This document shows, piece by piece, positions 9,005 through 18,595 of a DNA stretch of 64,000 bases. Below the pieces are notes generated by a model that saw only the letters and a list, made by a program, of their open reading frames with translations, made no database searches and had not been told where the DNA came from. Within the stretch, counting starts at the first letter, position 1; every line of letters starts with the position of its first letter. A program made the translations under genes and the position numbers. The DNA is from Minisyncoccota bacterium (GTDB lineage Bacteria; Patescibacteriota; Microgenomatia; UBA1400; PJMF01): NCBI GenBank assembly GCA_012515515.1, contig JAAYYE010000011.1, positions 1,723-65,722 on the forward strand, read 5' to 3'.

Positions 9005-9637
9005 ATGAATAAAAATAATAATAACCCTGCCACTTTAGCGTCTCAAGATCTACTCAACGCAACGCTTCAAGCGCTTCAAGCAAAAAACATTCAGCCTACT
9101 GTGGTGAAAACTGCTGCCGAGGCTTTGGAAAAAATTAAAGGCTTAATTCCTGCAGGCAAGTCGGTCATGAATGGTTCCTCTATAACGCTTAAGCAAATTG
9201 GCTTTACAGATTTACTAAAATCTGGCAAGCACCCTTGGAATAATCTACATGCAGCAATTTTGGCTGAAAAGGACGCCGCTAAACAAGCTGAGCTCAGAAA
9301 ACAATCTGTTTTATCAGACTTTTATCTTGGCAGTGTCCACGCTCTCACCAAAGATGCTGAATTTATTATCGCTTCTAATTCTGGGAGTCAACTGCCGCAC
9401 GTTGTTTTTACTTCACCCAACCTCATCTTTGTGGTGAGTAGCAAAAAGATTGTCAATAGTTTAGATGACGCCATGAATCGTCTAGATAATGTAGTCGTGC
9501 CTCAGGAAAACGCCAGACTAATGGAAGTATATGGTGTTGAAACTTCTTTAAATCAAATTTTCATTTTTAAAAATGAAAATCCGATGATGAACAGAAATAT
9601 CCAGATGATTATTGTTGAAGAAGATTTAGGATTTTAA
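9005..9637 (+). CDS. LUD-domain protein (LutC/YkgG-like), putative
   Basis: The pattern LIPAGKSVMNGSSITLKQIGFTDLL ... ASNSGSQL resembles the LUD/DUF162 family. The start is taken at the internal Met (MNKNNNN). Confidence 0.45.
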   Translation: MNKNNNNPATLASQDLLNATLQALQAKNIQPTVVKTAAEALEKIKGLIPAGKSVMNGSSITLKQIGFTDLLKSGKHPWNNLHAAILAEKDAAKQAELRKQSVLSDFYLGSVHALTKDAEFIIASNSGSQLPHVVFTSPNLIFVVSSKKIVNSLDDAMNRLDNVVVPQENARLMEVYGVETSLNQIFIFKNENPMMNRNIQMIIVEEDLGF

Positions 9638-9821
9638 GTAATCATCGACCAACAAGTATTTTGACTAAGCTATAATTGTTTTATGAAAGTAACTCAGTAT
9701 CCAGATGTTAATGAAGTGTTGAGCTTGCTGTCCACTCAGCTCCAAGAAGTTGCTGGTAGCGAGCTTTAATAAACAAGTGTTTTGATAGGCAAAAGTAATT
9801 ATTTTCAATTAAAATAGCATT

Positions 9822-10460
9822 ATGTCAATCAAATTAATTGACTCAGCTGAAAGTCGGTCACCAATTCAAGAGATGCAACTATCTCAGCTCATGGCAGAAA
9901 CGCCGCAAGGAAACTTATATAGAAAAAGATTGTCTCCTTATAAAGCCGCCACTGTATTTCCTCAATTACATGAAAATGTTGAACAAATATTAACCGCAGT
10001 CGATCCACCTGCCAAAGAAAAACGCCGCATCTTAATGCGTAAATTAATTAGAAATGCCCCCAACAATTTCCCAATCATTGGCAAACCTAGTTCTTGTTTT
10101 GCCTTTCGTGATAAAGTTGGAAATATTTTTCTTGATTATTTGCTTGAAAGTGTAGACAAGGAAAGAGAAGGTATTACTTTACACACATTTTTACGAGAAC
10201 ATCCTTCATTAGCTCCAGCGTATCAATTAAAAAATCTATTTGCTAATTCAACTGAATCTTTAATGTCGGGTCACATTGCTGATATCACTCCAGAATACAG
10301 AACTAATGGACCAGCTCAAATTTTTTTAATTGACAAATTTTCTGCAAATTCAAAATTAACATCATTAGAAAAAGTGATGTTAAAAATAATCATCGGCAAC
10401 GGCATTGTTCCGATTGGTGGTGAAGGAGTATTAGTTGAGCCATTTAAACTAGCAGAATAA
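9822..10460 (+). CDS. Hypothetical protein
   Basis: Intact 212-aa ORF with no recognisable motif. Confidence 0.4.
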   Translation: MSIKLIDSAESRSPIQEMQLSQLMAETPQGNLYRKRLSPYKAATVFPQLHENVEQILTAVDPPAKEKRRILMRKLIRNAPNNFPIIGKPSSCFAFRDKVGNIFLDYLLESVDKEREGITLHTFLREHPSLAPAYQLKNLFANSTESLMSGHIADITPEYRTNGPAQIFLIDKFSANSKLTSLEKVMLKIIIGNGIVPIGGEGVLVEPFKLAE

Positions 10461-10546
10461 ATATGCATTATCAGGTGATTTTATGTGAGCCACTGTATAA
10501 TGCTTTAAATGAATATTCTCCAACTACTTTTAGCAAAAACTGAACC

Positions 10547-11092
10547 ATGCCAGATTTATTAGTCAAAGAAATTCAAGCAATTGTTCAAGAATTGAGTCAT
10601 TTGCCAGTGACTAATGAGTTTATTAGTCGGATACAACAAGCTAAATTAACTCGAGATGAAAACCCTCAGTCTCACTTTTGCGTTTATTTTGCCGCTTATG
10701 ATTTAGCCAATCAACAAATTTTTATCGGGCATCATAAAAAGTCTGATTTATGGCTGTTTAATGGTGGTCATATAGATCGTGGTGAAACTGCTAGCGCAGC
10801 CCTACTTAGAGAAATGCATGAAGAATGGGGCCTGCAGTTTGATCTGGAAAAAATTACTCCAGCAAAATTATTAAGCATTACTTCAGTTCTTAATCCCTCA
10901 ATTAAATGTCAAAAACACTATGATATTTGGTATTTTGTGCCTGTGTCGATGCAAAATTTCCTGCCCGATCAAGAAAAATTGGCCAGCGAATTTTACACCA
11001 CAGCCTGGAAAACGATTGTAGAAGCGAAACAGCTGATTAGCGATCCAAATACTTTATTGGCTATAAAAAATATTGAGGAATTGTTTAATTAA
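10547..11092 (+). CDS. NUDIX hydrolase
   Basis: Nudix box GGHIDRGETASAALLREMHEEWGL. Confidence 0.8.
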   Translation: MPDLLVKEIQAIVQELSHLPVTNEFISRIQQAKLTRDENPQSHFCVYFAAYDLANQQIFIGHHKKSDLWLFNGGHIDRGETASAALLREMHEEWGLQFDLEKITPAKLLSITSVLNPSIKCQKHYDIWYFVPVSMQNFLPDQEKLASEFYTTAWKTIVEAKQLISDPNTLLAIKNIEELFN

Positions 11093-11168
11093 ATTAATGT
11101 TTGGGCAATTGTTTAAAATTGTGCCAATAGCGAGTCCACTCATGTATGAGAGGTTTTTAGGTATTTTT

Positions 11169-11831
11169 TTATCTTTTTTTATGTAAATAGGGTATAAGCA
11201 TCGCTCCCAAGCTGTTACCCATTGTCATGACTAATAATAAATACCAGGCTGAAAAATTTTTAAAGGCCCCAGCTAGAGCGAAATAAAACATATTAGCCAC
11301 ACAGTGTTCAAAACCTGCCAAAATAAAGACCATAACGCAGAGGAAAATCCCCAAATAACGACCCACACCCTCTTCTTTTTCCTTGTAAATATCAACCGCT
11401 ATATACATCAACAAACCACAAAAAATAGATAAAATGAACAAGCTTAGAGGACTATCTGTTAACTTGGTTTGCACTAATATATTGGCTTTTTCGATCAATC
11501 CAACACTAGTGATGCTGTTCTGTGCTAACCTGGTGTTTTTTAGTAAAAAAGCCACAATGTTGGTACCTATTAAATTTCCCAGCCAGACGATGCCCAGAAA
11601 TTTTAAATAAGCGGCGTGTTTCTTTTTTTTGATCGCATCTGGCAAATAGCCGACTTTTCCAGTAAAAAGATTAAAAGCAAAAACGCAAATGGTATATAAA
11701 CCCAGAGCAAATAAAAAAGATCCGACTATTTTATTTTCCACGCTCAAATAAATACTGCCCCCTAGAGCAATCATTATTCCAGCCAAAATTGCTTCCATAA
11801 AGGATTGTCGATTATTTTCTTGCACTAGCAC
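11169..11831 (-). CDS. Formate/nitrite transporter (FNT)-family-like membrane protein
   Basis: Six predicted TM helices and a GFEHCVANMFY motif, matching the FNT signature (G-x-EH-x-[IV]ANMF). It is shorter than typical FNTs. Confidence 0.5.
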   Translation of the reverse strand: MLVQENNRQSFMEAILAGIMIALGGSIYLSVENKIVGSFLFALGLYTICVFAFNLFTGKVGYLPDAIKKKKHAAYLKFLGIVWLGNLIGTNIVAFLLKNTRLAQNSITSVGLIEKANILVQTKLTDSPLSLFILSIFCGLLMYIAVDIYKEKEEGVGRYLGIFLCVMVFILAGFEHCVANMFYFALAGAFKNFSAWYLLLVMTMGNSLGAMLIPYLHKKR

Positions 11832-11950
11832 CTTCCTAGAGAAATTAAATTTTTCTAATTTTTAAATTTTAGCACTTATCTAGGTGACGGCAAACGGCAG
11901 TTTAAGTTATAATTAGTACTTGCCATTATTAATTATGAAAGAATCCAACC

Positions 11951-12451
11951 ATGTCTGATCCAAAACAATCAGCAAAAAAAACCAGCGTTGAAAAAAATGG
12001 GGGTCTGTCAAAGAGCAAGCAATTACGGGCTAGTCGTAAAGGGCGTTTATGGCTCATTGTGATTTTGATGGCCATTGTTGCTATTTTATTTTTTGTTTGG
12101 GAAAAAGCTCGGATTGCTTTAGTGATCGTTTTTATCCTTTTAGCAACAGCGCTTGGATTAGAAGTTTCTCAAAACGATTGGGATTTGAAAACCCTGTGGG
12201 AAACTAAATCTTTTGAACAAGCCAAAGTTAGTCGTGATATGCAGGGTAATTTATTGTTTGATAAATCAGGCAATATTGTGACAGATAGCTCTATTGGCAA
12301 AGGAGCTGACGAATACAACTGTGACGATTTTACCACCCAAGAAGAAGCGCAATACTTTTTTGAAAAAGTTGGTGGGGTGGGGAATGATGTTAATCGCTTA
12401 GATGGCGATAAAGATGGCACAGCCTGTGAGTCTTTACCTAAAGCTAAATAA
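11951..12451 (+). CDS. Membrane-anchored protein with C-terminal Excalibur calcium-binding domain
   Basis: One TM helix, and a C-terminal DxDxDGxxCE motif ([15 protein letters not shown]). Confidence 0.6.
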   Translation: MSDPKQSAKKTSVEKNGGLSKSKQLRASRKGRLWLIVILMAIVAILFFVWEKARIALVIVFILLATALGLEVSQNDWDLKTLWETKSFEQAKVSRDMQGNLLFDKSGNIVTDSSIGKGADEYNCDDFTTQEEAQYFFEKVGGVGNDVNRLDGDKDGTACESLPKAK

Positions 12452-12609
12452 TCGGCTTTTTGATCTATTTTTTTATTGCTCTAGTGGGGGTGTTTTTGTT
12501 GCTTTTGTAGAGGTATTTTTATGGCTTTCGTAGGGGCTTACATCTTATAATAAATAATTATATTTGCTTTTTCTGACATTTTTTGATATACTTATTAGGT
12601 ATTTAGATA

Positions 12610-12668
12610 GATTGTCTTCTATAAAAACATAGCGTTTTTGGCGAGGATAATCTAGCTCTTTAACAATC
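12610..12668 (+). promoter_or_regulatory. Conserved ~58-bp upstream element, copy A (GATTGTCTTCTATAAAAACATAGCGTTTTTGGCGAGGATAATCTAGCTCTTTAACAATC)
   Basis: Near-identical to the element at 14275-14334 (~90% identity). It contains the inverted repeat AAAAAC-atagc-GTTTTT and lies ~120 nt upstream of the secreted-protein gene at 12787. Confidence 0.5.
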
Positions 12669-12786
12669 TCACATGCTTTTTGCTGTGCGCAAAAGTGAGG
12701 GTAATACTAAATCGCCTTCACCTAGCGCACAGGAATATTGTGGTGCTAGTTAATCCCAAATTGATCAAAGTTCAAAGGAGAACGAA

Positions 12787-13962
12787 ATGAAAAGAGAGGA
12801 TGTTGTAATAGTTATTGTATTGGTGTTTTTGATGTCCTTGTTTATGGGTGTGCTTGACGCTTTTGCGCAAACCCCTGAGCAAGAGGATGTCAGTATCAGC
12901 GGTTTCCAGCTTGCTGGAGACCGTACCACGGAGTTGTTGACAACCCCGCTTTCTATTAAGCCGGGGGATTGTGGTGCGCTCCCTCCTCCCTCGTTTGAGG
13001 GAGTAAAGAGGAACCTCGAGCTTAACGAGGACTCAACAAAAATTCAGGTCTACTATGACTCAAACAAGGGCATGGTATGTGCCCAAGTTTGGGGTACCTG
13101 GCCTGGAACTGTCAACAATGACGGAGTGCAAGAGTTTGACTCCGTCATGCGGGTGTATAAGGGTTACAATCTATTGGAGGTTCAAGACGAACCTTTGATT
13201 AAAAGTAATCCATTTACAGGTGGAATTCCCTTCCACTTGTATTCATTTAAGCTCCCCAAGGGGGGTGGAGAGTATTATTTTTTGTTTGATTTTTACCAGC
13301 AACAATTGCTGGGAAAAGACCGCTTGGGGATGCCTCACCGTGACTGGTCAGGCACCTTTCGTAGCGGACCGCATAGGATATTTCTTCCTATCATCATCAA
13401 GCCGGTGCCACCAACACCGCCACCTCCTCCACCACCACCTCCTCCTCCTCCACCAACCGATTGTCCAAGTTGGACAATTGAAGCGGTTGCGCCGGGATTT
13501 AGCATTCCGGCGTTAACTTACGAGAAAGGGGGTAATCATTACCCCACCATTGGATACTTGTATTTTGGACAGACGATGTCTGTCAAAATCAAGAACAATG
13601 GTGTTGTGTCCAATCTCCCCACGGGTGGGGAGACCACCGTGTACGACGGAGCGGGTAACGTTGTGGCTGAATATGGCCGCAATGGAAACTTCAGTGTCGT
13701 CGGGGGTCAAGGTGTCTTTGGTGAAGATTTCTTCACCTTTGACTCCTCCTTCCTCTGGCAAGGGGGAAGCTGTCGTGCCTCATTCACGATTTGGGACCCC
13801 GAACCGGTCCTGAATCATTTGGAGGCAGAACTTGGCGTGAGTCGTGAAGAGGCTATTAGCCTTTTGAACGACTATTTTAACGAAATCGCCACAACCACTA
13901 CCACCACCACTACAACCCTAACTCAGGATGTCTGGGATTGGGTTGAAACTATCAGCAAGTGA
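12787..13962 (+). CDS. Secreted protein with poly-Pro and poly-Thr linkers
   Basis: Sec-type signal peptide (MKREDVVIVIVLVFLMSLFMGVLDAFAQ), a P14 tract and a T9 tract. GC-rich codons. Confidence 0.55.
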   Translation: MKREDVVIVIVLVFLMSLFMGVLDAFAQTPEQEDVSISGFQLAGDRTTELLTTPLSIKPGDCGALPPPSFEGVKRNLELNEDSTKIQVYYDSNKGMVCAQVWGTWPGTVNNDGVQEFDSVMRVYKGYNLLEVQDEPLIKSNPFTGGIPFHLYSFKLPKGGGEYYFLFDFYQQQLLGKDRLGMPHRDWSGTFRSGPHRIFLPIIIKPVPPTPPPPPPPPPPPPPTDCPSWTIEAVAPGFSIPALTYEKGGNHYPTIGYLYFGQTMSVKIKNNGVVSNLPTGGETTVYDGAGNVVAEYGRNGNFSVVGGQGVFGEDFFTFDSSFLWQGGSCRASFTIWDPEPVLNHLEAELGVSREEAISLLNDYFNEIATTTTTTTTTLTQDVWDWVETISK

Positions 13963-13970
13963 GATGTCAA

Positions 13971-14013
13971 CCAGCTGCCCGCTTTTTAGCGGGCAGCTGG
14001 AAATCTTTTCTTT
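13971..14013 (+). terminator. Rho-independent terminator (CCAGCTGCCCGC-ttttta-GCGGGCAGCTGG + T-rich)
   Basis: Perfect 12-bp stem directly after the stop codon, followed by a T-rich tail. Confidence 0.65.
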
Positions 14014-14274
14014 ATTTAAATATTTTAATTTACTGCACTTTTGTGTAGTTTTTTTAGTAGCTAAAATTTTAGAACAGCGCACCGTTATATAGTTTTTTTG
14101 CTGGCTGAAAAAAATAAAAAGGGAAAGTTGTAAGCGCAATTATCGTTTTTCTAGCAATTCTTATTCCATCAAAAAATTATAAGTAGCGTTTTATTATTAA
14201 TCATTGTCCCATAGAATATCTATATTGTATTGATTTTTTGATTTCTTTTGATACAATAATATCTGTTTTGTGAT

Positions 14275-14334
14275 AGATTCTCTTCTATAAAAACATAGCG
14301 TTTTTGGTGAGGATAGTCTAGCCCTTTAACATTC
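14275..14334 (+). promoter_or_regulatory. Conserved ~58-bp upstream element, copy B
   Basis: Copy of the 12610-12668 element, ~95 nt upstream of the ATG at 14428. Confidence 0.5.
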
Positions 14335-14427
14335 AAACATTTTGTGGACTTAAATTGACCCAACCAAAAGAGGACTCATAATAATCTTTTTTTGGTTGGG
14401 TCAATAGAAAAAAGAAAGAAGGTAGAA

Positions 14428-15408
14428 ATGATACAGACTTTGTGGGAATCACTGTTGCAACTTTTGTCCAATATAATTTTATTTATTGGGCAACTGTTTA
14501 CTGTAGGGGGCAAAATGATTGCCCTCCCAGGTTTTCTCGGCCTGGCAATTGGACTAATACTATTCGCAATTGCTTACAAAAAAACCGAGCATCTTTTAGG
14601 ATCACTCCTCCTACTGGGAGGGGCAGGTCTGACAGTATTTATAATAGTGTCGTACCTACTCTGGCCTTTTTTGTTTAAAGGGTCAGAGAACAGCGTCACC
14701 AGCTGTTACAAGGCGGCTGGAACAAATATAGCAGCCGTGTCAATCTGTGACAGCATTTCTAGTGGTTTTGTTCCCCCATCAACAACACCTGGTGAGCAAA
14801 CACCAGTTGTTGTCGTTCCCCCTACTGATCCTGATGATCAGCAGGTAGTTAGAACGTTCAAGGCAAACGCCTTGGAAATTTTAATCCTGGGGTGGAATCT
14901 AAAACCACCTGGTACGACTAATTTAATCAATCCTGCGGATGTTCCGCAGGGCATTATGTTGTCTTTTGAGTGTGACAATCCAATTGCTACACGTCAAAAC
15001 GAGGTCTGGAAGGTTACCATTTCTGGCATCGTGCCAGGACTAGGGCAAAAATCCCTAGTAATAGAAACAAATGGCTACTTCGCCAGGGACGGCTTTAAAG
15101 CTAAACCTGGCACAAGTGTTGTTGGAACAGGAACTTGGGAGGAGGTTTGTCCAAGTTGCTATACCGATGTGGTGGTTACCCCACCACCTCAACCAACACC
15201 CACTCCAGCTCCCGCTCCAGCAACGACCCAGGTCGCCTTTCCAGAACTCATTTGTGGGTACTGGGGGTGGCTTTTGCAGTCTGGCAATGCGCTGGTGGTT
15301 CCAACCACTGGTGGGCAGCCAGACTTTGCCCACGCGGTGTCCCAAGCTGCAGCCGCAGCGGACATCGCTAAGAGGTGTCCCGGCGAAACCTTGCCGGCAC
15401 CTCCATAA
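14428..15408 (+). CDS. Membrane-anchored Pro/Thr/Ala-rich surface protein
   Basis: AAGG RBS before the ATG at 14428. Three N-terminal TM helices, then a Pro-rich region (PPPQPTPTPAPAPA). Very GC-rich 3' half. Confidence 0.5.
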   Translation: MIQTLWESLLQLLSNIILFIGQLFTVGGKMIALPGFLGLAIGLILFAIAYKKTEHLLGSLLLLGGAGLTVFIIVSYLLWPFLFKGSENSVTSCYKAAGTNIAAVSICDSISSGFVPPSTTPGEQTPVVVVPPTDPDDQQVVRTFKANALEILILGWNLKPPGTTNLINPADVPQGIMLSFECDNPIATRQNEVWKVTISGIVPGLGQKSLVIETNGYFARDGFKAKPGTSVVGTGTWEEVCPSCYTDVVVTPPPQPTPTPAPAPATTQVAFPELICGYWGWLLQSGNALVVPTTGGQPDFAHAVSQAAAAADIAKRCPGETLPAPP

Positions 15409-15440
15409 AAACCATGAAATGTTTGAAGACCCAACTTCTT

Positions 15441-15470
15441 CCCGGGGTCCGCCTTTGTGTGGACTCCGGG
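15441..15470 (+). other. Stem-loop (CCCGGGGTCC...GGACTCCGGG), possible weak terminator
   Basis: 10-bp stem with one mismatch and no clear T tract. Confidence 0.3.
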
Positions 15471-15563
15471 AACTAAGGAAAAATTAAAATTAATACTATT
15501 AATAATATTTTTATTGAATTATTGCTAATTGCTAATAATTTAAAAAAACAAAACAAGGAAAAA

Positions 15564-16355
15564 ATGGCAAGAAAAGAAATACCAGGATTTAACGCTCCTG
15601 CTCCTGATAGCGATCGTCCTCGATCAAGAAAAGAAAAAATACCAGGATTTAACACTCCTGCTGATGATAGCGATCGTCCTCGATCAAGAAAAGGAAGTTC
15701 GTTTTTAAAAAACATGCTTAATGCTCCAGGAGTCGGTGTTCCTGCTGATGATAGCGATCGTCCTCGATCAAGAAAAGGAAGTTCGTTTCTAAAAAATATT
15801 TCTAATATACCAAGCATTGGTGTTCCAAATCAAAAGTTGCTTGAAGAAGAGGCCAACAAAAAACAACAAGGAGCGCAGAAACGAGCACAGATAGAAGCAC
15901 TCCAACAAGATAAAAAAGATGCAACTAATCAAGCAAAACTTGGTGCAGTTACAACAGTGGTTGGCTTAGCTATTGAGGATCCTCTAATGGCTACTGAGGG
16001 ATTTATAAATACTGCGGCAGGTGTGACTAAGAGGAAAACAGCTAAAGAACGGATTAAATCGGTGAAAAAAAATCCCAGAGCAGCCAATAGCGTTGGCTCA
16101 AGAACTGAGGATGGTGGTCAATTTAGTGGTGTAATTAAAAAAGCAGCTTCAGCCATTTTCAGTAAGATTTTTAGCAAAAAAAGTAAACCTGCTGAGACAG
16201 AACAAGCAACTCAAACGCCACCAAACGCATCAAGCAAAAGTGAGAGAGCTTATACTCCACCAAACTACTCAGATGATGAGGATATCATCGAAGGAGAGTT
16301 TACCGTCGTTGACGATGGCAAGCCCAAACAATTAACCAATGGTAAAAAGAGCTAA
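15564..16355 (+). CDS. Hypothetical protein with N-terminal 3x tandem repeat IPGFN.PA.DSDRPRSRK(GSSFLKN), no signal peptide
   Basis: Coding tandem repeats span 15585-15800. The start is taken at MARKEIPG, which has an AAGGAAAAA RBS. Confidence 0.5.
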   Translation: MARKEIPGFNAPAPDSDRPRSRKEKIPGFNTPADDSDRPRSRKGSSFLKNMLNAPGVGVPADDSDRPRSRKGSSFLKNISNIPSIGVPNQKLLEEEANKKQQGAQKRAQIEALQQDKKDATNQAKLGAVTTVVGLAIEDPLMATEGFINTAAGVTKRKTAKERIKSVKKNPRAANSVGSRTEDGGQFSGVIKKAASAIFSKIFSKKSKPAETEQATQTPPNASSKSERAYTPPNYSDDEDIIEGEFTVVDDGKPKQLTNGKKS

Positions 16356-16384
16356 TTATATAAAAACACTTAAAGAAAAATATT

Positions 16385-18397
16385 ATGTCAAAGGAAAGAA
16401 GAGGTATTCCTGGAATAACTCATCCGCCAGATGAGACTGACAGACCTCAAACAAATTATTCACGACCCGAGCCTAAAGATCATGGACTTGGTCAATTGTT
16501 ACAAGCTCCAAAAGACATAATAGTCACAGGTTTGCGAGCTATAGCTGGCGCTCTTACTATATCTTTAGCAAGAACTTTAGGCATTAGAGACTCTGTGTCT
16601 CGAGCTGAAAAAGATTTAGCCATCTATGAATCACAACTTAATAAAAGAAAAGGGAATACTGAGAAATTACAGGAAAAAATAGATAAGACAAAAGCTTTAC
16701 TGACTGAATTGAATAAGGGAGTTGAGTTGAGCGAGGCAATTTTAAATATTCAAGAAGACTATAACGAGTTATTGGCAGATGATGAACATCTTTTGTCATT
16801 GTTAGCTAAAACAATTGGCAAGGAAGGTTTAGAAACTATTAAAGGAAGTTTTTTAACTAATCAAAAAACTCAAGTAGGAGTTAAGTCCGTTACTGATGAG
16901 GAAATTAAATTAGCCCAAGAATTTTTTGCTAGAGCTGATAATGATGAAGAAAGAAGTAGCTCACTTAAACAACACATTCAACAGTTAGCCGAAACTAATT
17001 TAATTGTTTTAGGTAAACAGTTGGTTAATTTAGCAAAAATTAAAGAAATTGATGAAATTAATCAAGAGACAAATTTTCCTATTAACTGGGTGTCTTGGGA
17101 CGAAGCCTTAGCAGCTTCGGTAATGGGAGCTACGGGTAGAACTCAAGAATCTCTTCGGGGTGGTTATGGAGTGAATATGAAAGCGGGTGGATTGAATGTT
17201 TCTGCAGGACAGGATATAAGCCAAATTGGTCCTATGGAACAAATTGTAGTTCATGCTGATATACCACAAAATATTGAAGCTGCTAGATCGGTGGCAAATG
17301 GTGAGGTGCCTCTCTTTAGATCAGCAATTATTAAAAGTTTATTTAGAAAAGCTATGGGTGACCTTTCACTATTGCCTGGAAGAATTGATATTAATAACAC
17401 TGGTAATAATAATACTAAGTCATACCCCGCTTTAGATGTTAATCGTCAAATGAACAATATTACTTTAGTTCGTAAGGCTGCAATAGAAATGCAAAAAATT
17501 TTAAAAGGTCTTGAACAAATTGACCTTGGCAAAGATGATGATCAAGCAACACAAAAAAGCAAATTAATTACTGTTGGAAGTAGGGGGGCTTTAGCAATAC
17601 CAAGATATCAAGTTATTGTTGATTTAATGGAGCAAATAAGTGCAACAGATCCAGGAATTATTGCTAATTTAAGTGAGCAATATCGTGTGCTAGAGGAAGT
17701 GGCTGATGAAGACTTAAACGATCAAAATTTGGATGGCGAAGCGGATTTGGCCGAAGAACAACAAGAGGAGCAGGAAGATCAAGCTGATGAAGATGAAGAT
17801 CAAAATATTAATCAAAAGGAGAGAGATTTAATTGAAGCAGTATTTCCTCAGGGAATTGATCAGCGGAATGCAAGGCGGATTATTAACCGTCCAAAAATTT
17901 ATTTTGACAACTTCACTAAACGCTTTGGTCTAATAACAGGTATAAGAACCATGGTGGCTGTCGCAAAAGAAGCTAGAAGGCTGGTTGATACACAAAAGAC
18001 TGATCAAAACGAGGGTGATTTAGTTGAAGCAGTATTTCCTCGGGGCATTGATCAGCGAACTGCAAGGCAAATTATTAAACATCCAAAAATTTATTTTGAC
18101 AACTTCACTAAACGCTTTGGTCTAATAACAGGTATAAGAACCATGGTGGCTGTCGCAAAAGAAGCTAGAAGGCTGGTTGATCAGGAAGACAGAAGGATAT
18201 TAGAAGAAGAAGCTTTAAAACTAGCTGGTTATTTTCACGGGATGAGTATTGAACAAGCCACAAACTTTATAGACAATCTCCAAGCTAATCGTGAGAAATT
18301 ACGTAGGATGTATGGCACAAAAAAGGGCAATAAAACTGCTGATCTAATTAAAGAATTTGCTAAAAAAATTCTTGGGCAAGTGGGTAATTTTAAATAA
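16385..18397 (+). CDS. Large acidic coiled-coil-rich hypothetical protein (670 aa) sharing the N-terminal IPG..P.DE.DRP motif
   Basis: Begins MSKERRGIPGITHPPDETDRPQ. Contains an acidic EEQQEEQEDQADEDEDQ block and a 64-aa internal tandem duplication. Confidence 0.55.
   Translation: MSKERRGIPGITHPPDETDRPQTNYSRPEPKDHGLGQLLQAPKDIIVTGLRAIAGALTISLARTLGIRDSVSRAEKDLAIYESQLNKRKGNTEKLQEKIDKTKALLTELNKGVELSEAILNIQEDYNELLADDEHLLSLLAKTIGKEGLETIKGSFLTNQKTQVGVKSVTDEEIKLAQEFFARADNDEERSSSLKQHIQQLAETNLIVLGKQLVNLAKIKEIDEINQETNFPINWVSWDEALAASVMGATGRTQESLRGGYGVNMKAGGLNVSAGQDISQIGPMEQIVVHADIPQNIEAARSVANGEVPLFRSAIIKSLFRKAMGDLSLLPGRIDINNTGNNNTKSYPALDVNRQMNNITLVRKAAIEMQKILKGLEQIDLGKDDDQATQKSKLITVGSRGALAIPRYQVIVDLMEQISATDPGIIANLSEQYRVLEEVADEDLNDQNLDGEADLAEEQQEEQEDQADEDEDQNINQKERDLIEAVFPQGIDQRNARRIINRPKIYFDNFTKRFGLITGIRTMVAVAKEARRLVDTQKTDQNEGDLVEAVFPRGIDQRTARQIIKHPKIYFDNFTKRFGLITGIRTMVAVAKEARRLVDQEDRRILEEEALKLAGYFHGMSIEQATNFIDNLQANREKLRRMYGTKKGNKTADLIKEFAKKILGQVGNFK
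17825..18181 (+). repeat. Intragenic tandem duplication, 192-bp period (2 copies, distal ~100 bp identical)
   Basis: Both copies encode DL[IV]EAVFP[QR]GIDQR.AR.II..PKIYFDNFTKRFGLITGIRTMVAVAKEARRLVD. Confidence 0.7.
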
Positions 18398-18595
18398 ATT
18401 AAAAGATGTCGTTATTACTAATTAGCTTGAGGATTTTTTGATATTAGCATCAATCTAATCCTCCGCTCTTTAACAAAGCAAACAAAAATAATGGACACTT
18501 AGTGATCCTAACAAGATAAATATAGCATTTGTTTTGTTTGGGTCACTAAGTAGTTGAGTCATTAAACTAAACAATCATAAACCAGGAGGTGGTTA

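Noticed and set aside
15055-15487. Cluster of overlapping 78-138-aa ORFs on both strands (15055-15487), and similar ones at 8198-8397, 13220-13813 and 18613-19239
   Set aside because: They fall inside GC-rich, Pro/Ala-rich coding sequence, where stop codons are rare in every frame. All overlap longer ORFs that have signal peptides or domain motifs.
15585-15800. Regular ~66-bp DNA repeats resembling a short CRISPR-like array
   Set aside because: The repeats are in frame inside a CDS and encode the IPGFN..DSDRPRSRK peptide repeat. The unique segments between them are too short and too similar to be spacers. No cas genes are nearby.
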